Positions 56,426 through 64,000 of a stretch of 64,000 nucleotides of DNA are shown one piece after another (position 1 is the stretch's first letter; every line of letters begins with the position of its first letter). The stretch is from a virus, in IMG/VR virus record IMGVR_UViG_3300033153_015023, positions 1 to 64,000 of that record, one strand, 5' to 3'. The notes beneath the pieces are model-generated. The model worked only from the letters and a program-made list of their open reading frames with translations. It had not been told where the DNA came from and searched no databases. A program made the position numbers and the translations under genes.

Positions 56426-56848
56426 ATGGCTTGGACTGAAATATCTACAGTAGCACAGCTACGAAAAAATATTCCGATGCTAAAAGATACAGACATTAGC
56501 GAAGCAACTCTTGAAGCTAATATTGAGGATGCAAAGGATATAATATACGACGATTTGAGTAAGTTTGTAGATTGGGATGAGGCTGAAAAACTCGATGTTG
56601 TTCCCAGAGTCATTAACCGTCTTGCTCAGTACCAAGCAGCAATGGTAACAATCATCCGAAACTTTCATAGTGATGAAAATATGATTGGAAGTGAAGAAGG
56701 TGAAAATACAATTTACAATCACTACAAAGGTCTCTATGACAAATTAATGGCTCAAATAGAGACCGGAGATATTCGCATCTTAGATAGTGATAATGAAGAA
56801 CTGGAACCAGATGTAATGCGGAAACCTGGTCTAGGAAGGATAATATAA
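56426..56848 (+). CDS. Head-tail adaptor protein
   Basis: IEDA..IIYDDLS..VPRVI pattern; position. Confidence 0.65.
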   Translation: MAWTEISTVAQLRKNIPMLKDTDISEATLEANIEDAKDIIYDDLSKFVDWDEAEKLDVVPRVINRLAQYQAAMVTIIRNFHSDENMIGSEEGENTIYNHYKGLYDKLMAQIETGDIRILDSDNEELEPDVMRKPGLGRII

Positions 56849-57328
56849 TTGGCTGAAACTGCCGTTACAATCGACTTTCATAATACACTTCACGTTCTCA
56901 AGTCAATTAAGCTAATTGCAAAAGATCAGCGTAAGTACAAGCTCTTTCGAAAAATAGCAAAGCTGCTTTTTCATAGTTGGTGGGGAGAGACATTTCAAAA
57001 GCAGGGTGCTAGGAGAGGACATCCGAGATGGAGACCACTAAATTCTAAATACGCGAGATGGAAAAGAGTGCATGGAAAGGCAACAGAGCCTTTGATTCTT
57101 ACAGGACACTTACAAGGTTCTCCTCAGATACTAAAAGAATTTAAAACAAGATTGATTTGGGGAACAAAAGTTCCGTATGCTCAATATCATCAGAAACCTA
57201 CTGTTTCTGGTAGACCTCCGAAGAGAGAAATGGTTTTCATTACTGCAAGAGATAAAGTTGAACTAAAGACTTTCATTGAAAGGTTTATTGAGAATGTATT
57301 AAGGAAGGCAAATAAAAATGGTATCTAA
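56849..57328 (+). CDS. Virion morphogenesis protein (Mu gpG-like)
   Basis: WRPL..Y..WK..LILTGHL..GTKVPYAQYHQ..PPKR. Confidence 0.75.
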   Translation: MAETAVTIDFHNTLHVLKSIKLIAKDQRKYKLFRKIAKLLFHSWWGETFQKQGARRGHPRWRPLNSKYARWKRVHGKATEPLILTGHLQGSPQILKEFKTRLIWGTKVPYAQYHQKPTVSGRPPKREMVFITARDKVELKTFIERFIENVLRKANKNGI

Positions 57329-57491
57329 ATGTCGTATATGGGATCGAGTACTCACTGACGATGAAATAAAAACTATGTACAAATATCCTTATTTAATACC
57401 TGCGGGCAGCGAGGTTTTAATAATTTATAAACCTTTCTTTCAAAAGGTAAAGGAAATGTTATTAAATGTTTTTAAAGGGATAAATAAATGA
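57318..57491 (+). CDS. Small ORF resembling a LamG C-terminal remnant (not in ORF track)
   Basis: RIWDRVLTDDEIKTMY..P. Confidence 0.4.
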   Translation: MVSKCRIWDRVLTDDEIKTMYKYPYLIPAGSEVLIIYKPFFQKVKEMLLNVFKGINK

Positions 57492-57958
57492 GTCGATTAT
57501 ACATGGAAGATGCTCTTGATAATCTTAAGAGCTACTATGAGGACAATCTCGATGGTAAACTTACTACAATCGAAAGTGAGCGAGGAGAGAACATCCCTCG
57601 GTTAGGAAATCTCACGGTTGGAGAGTCTACTGTTCAAAAGTTTCCTCGAATGGAGATTCTTCCTGATGATACAGATCACGATTATGGATTCGAAGATCGT
57701 CCTCTCACTCATCCATGGTTAGTTCACTCGATTTTGATTTGGGTTGAACATACATCTGGAAGCAAAGAAGTTGTGAGAAAGACGTTGATGAGATATGTCG
57801 AAGCAATAAATAAACTAGCAGAAGATAATAACAATACATTTGCAGGATTTGTAAATGTGGAATTGGGGGTAGAAGATTACACTCCTATGATCGAGGATCA
57901 GAAAGAGAAAAAAATGATCCAGGGTGTTTCAATGCAAATGACGTGTAAGTCTTTGTAA
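57488..57958 (+). CDS. Tail terminator-like protein
   Basis: Size and position before the tail tube gene. Confidence 0.55.
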   Translation: MSRLYMEDALDNLKSYYEDNLDGKLTTIESERGENIPRLGNLTVGESTVQKFPRMEILPDDTDHDYGFEDRPLTHPWLVHSILIWVEHTSGSKEVVRKTLMRYVEAINKLAEDNNNTFAGFVNVELGVEDYTPMIEDQKEKKMIQGVSMQMTCKSL

Positions 57959-57979
57959 ATATTTTAATGGAGGAAAACA

Positions 57980-59284
57980 ATGCCTAGTATAAATAATATA
58001 AAATTGACTGTAGGTGTTGAAAGTGGTATGTCTGCTGGGTCGGCGGCTCCTCGTACAAAGGTAGTTCCGATCTCTGGCGTTGTTTCTATTGATCGAAAAG
58101 CAAATACAGGTGAAGACCCTGCGATCGTAGGAAATAACATGACGTCCGGAGAATATATTCTCTTTGCAGATGTAGGAGGTGAAATTCCTTTAGCAGTTCG
58201 TCCTACTGGAGGTTATGCAGCACTTGTAAAATCTGCTCTTGGAACTGAGGAGGATCCACCCGTGCAAGTTGGTGGGTGTATGAGATTTCGGTATACCGGA
58301 TCAGAAGCAAGTTGTCAGGTAGAAGTGAAACCTGATACTGATAATGAGATAGTATCGAAAATTGGTGTGAAGGGTTCAGAGGCTGTTGACAGTAATTTTG
58401 GAGCCGATGGTATTCTTGATTTGTCTGCAGTAGATCAAGATACTCTCGGAGAACTTGTAACTGTGATTGATGCGTATGATGACTATGATGCAGAGAAGGT
58501 TTTCGGCGGAGATTCTTTAGACATTAAAACGGTTGCTGTAGAACTTCAGTATGGACAAGGAAAAAATACTTGGGTGTATGTTTGGTTTAGTGCCGCTGCA
58601 TCTGGAGTGTATCGTCATGTTTTTACAGCAGATTTAAGTAGCTCAGAAAAGCCGACTCTCTCACTTCAGAAAGACGGTTACCAGGACAACTTCCTTTATG
58701 CAGGATGTGTTATTGATGTACTTTCTCTAAGTGGTGCATTAAAAGCTATTATAGAGGGGAGCGCGACTGTTCTTGGTTTTACAGAAACAGCAAGTCAGAG
58801 TGCAAGCAGCTTATCTCTTGCAGATGTTGATCCGGTTATCTTTTACAACGGAGACTTTTCGATTGGTGGTAAGGACTATGACTACATCCGGAACTTCGAC
58901 CTTTCAATTGCAAATAATCATAATCCGGATGGGTATGGAGTTGCATCACTTGATCGACAGTATCATCAAAAAGGGAAGATGGAGATTACTGGGACGATGG
59001 TAGTCAGATTAGATTCAGATTCTTTTGCAGAAAGAGCAAAGGTATTTGCAGATACACAAGTTGCACTGAGCTTTTATTTTAAAGGCGATGATATTGCAAC
59101 AGATATTCCAGAATTAATGCTTATTGAATTACCTTATTGTAGCTTACAGAACTTCGACTTCTCCGAGAATGCTGGAGTATTTGATGCTTCTATGGGATTC
59201 AAGGCAACTAAGCCAAAGGGTACTGTATACAATGAGCCGATTACTTTTACGATGCTGAATACAGATAGTGCTGTGTGTAAATAA
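57980..59284 (+). CDS. Major tail tube protein
   Basis: FDLSIANN, EITGT, position before TAC and TMP; GGAGG SD. Confidence 0.75.
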   Translation: MPSINNIKLTVGVESGMSAGSAAPRTKVVPISGVVSIDRKANTGEDPAIVGNNMTSGEYILFADVGGEIPLAVRPTGGYAALVKSALGTEEDPPVQVGGCMRFRYTGSEASCQVEVKPDTDNEIVSKIGVKGSEAVDSNFGADGILDLSAVDQDTLGELVTVIDAYDDYDAEKVFGGDSLDIKTVAVELQYGQGKNTWVYVWFSAAASGVYRHVFTADLSSSEKPTLSLQKDGYQDNFLYAGCVIDVLSLSGALKAIIEGSATVLGFTETASQSASSLSLADVDPVIFYNGDFSIGGKDYDYIRNFDLSIANNHNPDGYGVASLDRQYHQKGKMEITGTMVVRLDSDSFAERAKVFADTQVALSFYFKGDDIATDIPELMLIELPYCSLQNFDFSENAGVFDASMGFKATKPKGTVYNEPITFTMLNTDSAVCK

Positions 59285-59299
59285 TAAAGGAGAAAAGAA

Positions 59300-59758
59300 A
59301 TGGGTTGGAAAGATGATGCCAGAAAGGTGCAAAGAGAACATAAAGTAGAGTTAAAAACTTTACCAGAACATTGGGTTATCGTTCGCAAGTTTACTATTTT
59401 ACAAAATGAAAAAATGAATGCTTGGCGGGATCGTATTGAGTTGGATAAAGACGGAATTCCGAAGCTAAAGAAGGAAGGAGAGTTTCACGGGTTTTTTAAA
59501 CTTGTGCTCTCTTTTGGCATTCTTGACTCCAATTTTACAAAAGAAGATAATGTTACTGAAAGCTTTCAAGATACAGAGTTTTTAGATGAGTTAATGCAGT
59601 ATGCAGAAGTTGCAGAAGAAATATATACTGCAGTGTTGGAGTATAACCGCCCTTTAGCAAAAGCGAACGACAAGCTATTAGAGACTGTACAGAATGGATT
59701 AGTAGAGGAACAAAGTTCAAAGAAGGAGAAAAACTCCCAGACGGAACAGACCCGGTAA
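59300..59758 (+). CDS. Tail assembly chaperone (gpG-like)
   Basis: Position; contains a slippery site. Confidence 0.75.
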   Translation: MGWKDDARKVQREHKVELKTLPEHWVIVRKFTILQNEKMNAWRDRIELDKDGIPKLKKEGEFHGFFKLVLSFGILDSNFTKEDNVTESFQDTEFLDELMQYAEVAEEIYTAVLEYNRPLAKANDKLLETVQNGLVEEQSSKKEKNSQTEQTR

Positions 59759-59985
59759 ATAAACTTCAGAAATGGGGTCCATTTATCGCTGACTGCCTTC
59801 GGTTTCTTGATGGTGATGGAACATATCGGCATTGGAAGTATGGCTCAGACTACAGTGAACAGCCGTGGATAGACGTTCAGATTTACGATGAGATTCGTAG
59901 TAGACATGCACAACTAGAGAACGAAAAAATTAAACAGATGACAAAAGTATCACCTAATCTTTCTATGCGACCGAGGAGTAGATAA
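59650..59985 (+). CDS. -1 frameshift extension of the tail chaperone (gpGT-like)
   Basis: C CCT TTA slippery heptamer at 59650-59656; -1 frame open to TAA 59983-59985 abutting the TMP start. Confidence 0.8.
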   Translation, partial: PFSKSERQAIRDCTEWISRGTKFKEGEKLPDGTDPVNKLQKWGPFIADCLRFLDGDGTYRHWKYGSDYSEQPWIDVQIYDEIRSRHAQLENEKIKQMTKVSPNLSMRPRSR

Positions 59986-62364
59986 ATGGGTACTCGTACC
60001 AATGTTGATATAGAAATAAGAGCAAAAGATAAAGCCTCAAAAGAAATAAAGAAGACAGAGAAGTCTCTTGGTGGTATAGAAAAGAGTGCCGGTGCTCTGA
60101 TTGGAAAAATGGCTGGAGTAGCTGCCGGGGTTGCTGTAGCTGGAGTAGCTTTGACAAAAGCATTCGATGCTGCTCAATATGCAGCGACAGTTCAGCAGAC
60201 AGAAATGTCATTTCGATCAATAGCAGCTGAAGCTGGAGTGATGGCAGACGATGTTATTGATAATATGAAGAGAATGTCCGGAGAGACAATTAATGAACTT
60301 GATATGATGTTAGCTGCAAATAGAGCTAACTTATTAGGTTTGCCTGTAGATAAGTTTGATGAGTTAATGGCAATTGCTCGTGCGTCTGCTACTGCTACCG
60401 GTGGTGCAGTAAAAGATATGTTTAGCGATATTGTAGTTGGTATTGGTCGTGCGTCTCCAATGATTTTAGACAATTTAGGTATTGTAGTAAAAGTCGGTAA
60501 AGCCAACCTGGACTATGCAACTGCAATTGGTAAAACTGTTAAACAATTAACTGATCAAGAAAAGAAAACTGCTCTTCTTAATGCTGTTCTCAAAAGCGGT
60601 GAAGATATAATTCGAAAAGTAGGAGAAGCAGGCCAAACAGTTACAGCAGCAGAATACTTTCAGCAAGCAGAAGCCGCTGCAACCGATTTAAAGGCGACTA
60701 TCGGTGAGCTTCTACTTCCTACCTTTATAACATTTTCAACCTACCTTACAAAAGCCCTTCGTGCAATTCGTGACATGATTCAACAAACTCAGGCAGTTAG
60801 AGAAGCAATGTCTATTGATGTTTTAACCGGAACACTGGCAGAGCTACAAAAAAGTTATGATGTATTAACAGAACAGATTAATACGTTAACCGCTTCTCAG
60901 GAAGCAGGAATGAAAACACAGGGTAGAACTAGAGAGGAAACCGATGCGGAAATACGTGCGTTAGGACAACAGAGAGAAGCAATTGGTGCCAATATCTATT
61001 GGCTAAAGCTTCAAGCAGCAACAAAAGAGAATAATATTGACGCAGCAAAGGGTCTTATCGAAGTAGAAACTAAATTAAAAAATCTTTGGACAGATACTCA
61101 TGGTTTGGAAGAATATGGTAAATGGTTGGATAAATTGTATCAGCAGACAGAGCAAGCGGGATTAGATAAGCTTTGGATTCAAGTAGAACGTGCCCAAGCT
61201 AATCTTGTTACTGCAACTGGAGAAGAAGCAGATAAATTAAAATTAGTTATTGACATGCTTCAAGAAAAGATACTAGCACAGTCAAAGTATGTTGATGACG
61301 AAGCAGAGATCATGGCTATTCTTGATGCAGAAAATGAAAAAAGAAAAGCTCTGTGGGAAGAAGAAAAAGCACGTCAAAAGGAATTGGCAGATGCAAAAAA
61401 GGTAGCAGAAGCCACTTTAGCTCAATTAATGATGACGGATTTAGAAAGACAATTATCAATGATTGATATGCAAAAAGATGCCTTTATAGAAGCAGGTCTC
61501 TCTCGAATAGAAGTAGAATTATGGTATCAACAGGCACAGGAAGAGACATGGGAAAAGAACAAAAAAATTACAGAGGAGATGGAGAGGCAAGCTGAGATAG
61601 CCGCTAGTAGAGCTGGTTTTGGAGTTTTCCTAGGTGCAGCAGAAAGTTTTGCAAAGACAGAAGTTGGAAAAGGAGCCGTTGGTGAAAAGCTTGGTTTAGA
61701 CGTCAATCCATTAATGGATGCAATAACTGCAATCGCAGATGCATTTTTAAATGTTACTTCCATCCTTGCTCTTTTTAATCCAATAAAAACAATATTGCAA
61801 GGAGTGATGTCCGTTTTAGGTCCTCTAATAGATGAAGTACTTGCTCCGATTATTGGTATTCTTAAAGTTATAGGAAACGTTGTTGGAAAATTGTTAGTGC
61901 CTGTTTTTAAAGTATTGGGATTAGCAACTGAAGCGATAGGAAAAGCATTTGTTTGGTTATATAATAACGCCATTAGACCGCTAGGTAATTTTATTTTGAA
62001 GGTAATTACTACTGTTGGAAACTTTTTTATCGGTGCTATAAATGCAGTAATCCGAGCATTAAATAAAATCCCTTTTGTAAATATTAGGACTATTGCAAAA
62101 TTAAATTATGAGGCAATGAAGTTACAGGCAATTACGTATGAAGGTCTGGTTGGTGCTGGAACCGAAGGTGAACCAGGTGAGCCGGGTGCACCGGGTAGTA
62201 CCACTTCTATTCAACGTGCTCCAGATATTTATATTACAATTAATGTAGATGGTAGTGTTTATGGCGCAGGAGGTCCTCTAGAAGTAGGAGAACAAATGGC
62301 AAGAGCTCTTGAAGAGTATGCTGGAATTGGTGGAAGAATTCACATTGCGGAGGCAATAGCATAA
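59986..62364 (+). CDS. Tape measure protein
   Basis: IEIRAKDKAS start, GIGRASPMILDNLGI, Ala-rich helices, amphipathic C-terminal repeats. Confidence 0.9.
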   Translation: MGTRTNVDIEIRAKDKASKEIKKTEKSLGGIEKSAGALIGKMAGVAAGVAVAGVALTKAFDAAQYAATVQQTEMSFRSIAAEAGVMADDVIDNMKRMSGETINELDMMLAANRANLLGLPVDKFDELMAIARASATATGGAVKDMFSDIVVGIGRASPMILDNLGIVVKVGKANLDYATAIGKTVKQLTDQEKKTALLNAVLKSGEDIIRKVGEAGQTVTAAEYFQQAEAAATDLKATIGELLLPTFITFSTYLTKALRAIRDMIQQTQAVREAMSIDVLTGTLAELQKSYDVLTEQINTLTASQEAGMKTQGRTREETDAEIRALGQQREAIGANIYWLKLQAATKENNIDAAKGLIEVETKLKNLWTDTHGLEEYGKWLDKLYQQTEQAGLDKLWIQVERAQANLVTATGEEADKLKLVIDMLQEKILAQSKYVDDEAEIMAILDAENEKRKALWEEEKARQKELADAKKVAEATLAQLMMTDLERQLSMIDMQKDAFIEAGLSRIEVELWYQQAQEETWEKNKKITEEMERQAEIAASRAGFGVFLGAAESFAKTEVGKGAVGEKLGLDVNPLMDAITAIADAFLNVTSILALFNPIKTILQGVMSVLGPLIDEVLAPIIGILKVIGNVVGKLLVPVFKVLGLATEAIGKAFVWLYNNAIRPLGNFILKVITTVGNFFIGAINAVIRALNKIPFVNIRTIAKLNYEAMKLQAITYEGLVGAGTEGEPGEPGAPGSTTSIQRAPDIYITINVDGSVYGAGGPLEVGEQMARALEEYAGIGGRIHIAEAIA

Positions 62365-64000
62365 TGGCACTTTTTGTTCCTACAACTGAAAACTTTAGAA
62401 CCGCTGTAGAAGATAGGAAATCTCTCCGCTATATAAAAGTTTTAATTGATATAGATGATGATGATGTACTTGAAGATGTTACTTCTAAACTCGATAGTAA
62501 TTATGTTCAGGGCGGAGGAAGCGGTCAAGGTGAGCTGGGTGTTTCCACAAAACAATATTCTGTAAAATTAAGAAATTCTGATCAAACATACGCAGACGGT
62601 GATTTTGCCGGAGCTATCTGTGCAATTGAAGCTCAGGTAGGATCGACAGAATATGTGCGTATTTTTACAGGGATTGTTTCTGATGAAGGGTGTCAAAGAA
62701 GTAAGAAGACGAAGTCAGATGATGTGGTTACAATCAGAATGCACGACTCTTCCAAGTCAAGAGGAATGCGTGTAAAACCCAGACCAACTACATACATAGG
62801 TTATAAAATATGTGATACCGTAACTCCAGCAGCTTCTCTCTTTCACCAATTAGCCTATCTATTGGGTCTCTCAGAATCCGATCTTGTAACAGTTACAATT
62901 GACCAGACAAAAGACTATTTACCACTCGATGGAAAAGTTACCGCATGGCAGGAATTACAAAACCTGTGTGCACAGTATATTGGACACATGTGTTTCCGTT
63001 ATGACGGAAAACTACTATTTGTTTCAAGGCATCAAACAGGTTGGACTGATCCTACTTCGGAATGGACTTTTGATGACAGTAATATTCATAGCTGGAATGG
63101 AAGAAACAGCTCAGTTGTTTGTAATAAAGTAAAAACAGTTTTTGAAAAATATGAGAATCTCGGTGCAAGAACAATATATAAAAATACCGATGATTGGGAT
63201 TCGACGAACGAGAGAAATGCAATTACAATAGCAGCAGGTGATTATTGGCCGGGACCTAATTCTCAGGATTTAGCCAGACTTATGTATAAAGATCCTGCCT
63301 CTGGTGAAAGTTTTCCTATTGGAATTAGTATTCAACCACCTTCAATTGGTGCTGTTGGTAGCGGATCTGATATTGAATGTGAAGGTGGTTTATTAACTCT
63401 TATCAGTTTTAATGGTTCAACTGGAGACACTCATCAAAATCCTGGAAGCTCTGAAATAATTCTACGGAATAATACAGGTTCTACTATTACTATTCGTAAG
63501 TTCATAATTAGAGGTACTCCTTTAAGAATACAAAAAAAATGTATTGTAGAGGATGTTGATGCTGATATTGTTGATGACTGGGATTATATAGAAAAAACAA
63601 TTTCTGGAAAATACGCTGTTAGTGATACACAGGCTCATATTTCTACACAGCGGTGGCTTGAGTTTGGAAAGGTTCCGAGAAAGATTTTTGATTTTGTGAC
63701 TGATTGGATTCCGCAGATTCAGGAAGGCGCTGTAGTTACATTCAATCCTGACGCTTCGATCGATCTATCTGGTGTTGTCGAATCGTATTCTCATACAATA
63801 AATGGTCCTTATCGAAAATGGAAAACAAAAATATCTATACGTGAGAAAGAAGATTTTACACCTTCAGGTGATGCAAATGTAGTAGAGGAGGATCAAGGTG
63901 ATTCCGCTACAGAAACAGCAGAAACTTTTGTAACTCATGAAGAAGCTCAAAATGGTTATGATGATGCCCCTAGTGGAGGAACAACTACTCCTACTCAACC
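62364..64000 (+). CDS. Large tail tip/baseplate-hub protein, truncated at window end (not in ORF track)
   Basis: TAATG coupling to TMP; frame begins MALFVPTTENFR... and appears to run to the window edge. Confidence 0.75.
   Translation, partial: MALFVPTTENFRTAVEDRKSLRYIKVLIDIDDDDVLEDVTSKLDSNYVQGGGSGQGELGVSTKQYSVKLRNSDQTYADGDFAGAICAIEAQVGSTEYVRIFTGIVSDEGCQRSKKTKSDDVVTIRMHDSSKSRGMRVKPRPTTYIGYKICDTVTPAASLFHQLAYLLGLSESDLVTVTIDQTKDYLPLDGKVTAWQELQNLCAQYIGHMCFRYDGKLLFVSRHQTGWTDPTSEWTFDDSNIHSWNGRNSSVVCNKVKTVFEKYENLGARTIYKNTDDWDSTNERNAITIAAGDYWPGPNSQDLARLMYKDPASGESFPIGISIQPPSIGAVGSGSDIECEGGLLTLISFNGSTGDTHQNPGSSEIILRNNTGSTITIRKFIIRGTPLRIQKKCIVEDVDADIVDDWDYIEKTISGKYAVSDTQAHISTQRWLEFGKVPRKIFDFVTDWIPQIQEGAVVTFNPDASIDLSGVVESYSHTINGPYRKWKTKISIREKEDFTPSGDANVVEEDQGDSATETAETFVTHEEAQNGYDDAPSGGTTTPTQ

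Noticed and set aside
2176-61973. Numerous minus-strand and out-of-frame ORFs in the supplied track
   Set aside because: They are shadows overlapping well-supported plus-strand genes, with no motifs or SD sequences.

Overview
This window is a 64-kb, AT-rich, almost entirely plus-strand segment of a large tailed dsDNA phage genome of siphovirus type. It has a tail tube, a frameshifted tail chaperone and a tape measure protein, but no sheath gene. Gene order: divergent control region (~360-1170); replication/recombination module (ParB-like, Rep, DnaC-like loader, DnaB, primase, sigma factor, UDG-PolA fusion, UvsY-like, SSB, SbcCD, RecA, FEN, NusG, intein-containing class II RNR, RuvC); many small accessory genes and DNA methyltransferases; terminase; sugar-modification genes; a tRNA-like/structured RNA region; portal; MuF-ART minor head protein; queD-queE-folE; scaffold and major capsid; a glycosyltransferase cluster; and head-tail/tail genes running off the right edge. 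The most striking feature is a 36-nt-periodic array at 6622-6914. Two alternating 10-nt repeats are separated by unique 8-nt spacers, which is TIGR-like guide-RNA architecture. It has its own promoter and structured leader, no Tas/Nop gene is visible in the window, and it sits directly upstream of a phage sigma factor. Other notable signals: a twice-occurring structured leader RNA with covarying pairings, a phage-specific promoter (nnTAA[A/C]-N19-GTATTATA), a QueE paralog lacking the Fe-S cysteines, a wHTH-like domain shared between an early protein and the MuF toxin, Prp-type cleavage motifs on scaffold and capsid, and a probable virion-glycosylation locus. All protein calls come from recognising motifs by eye; no database searches were run.
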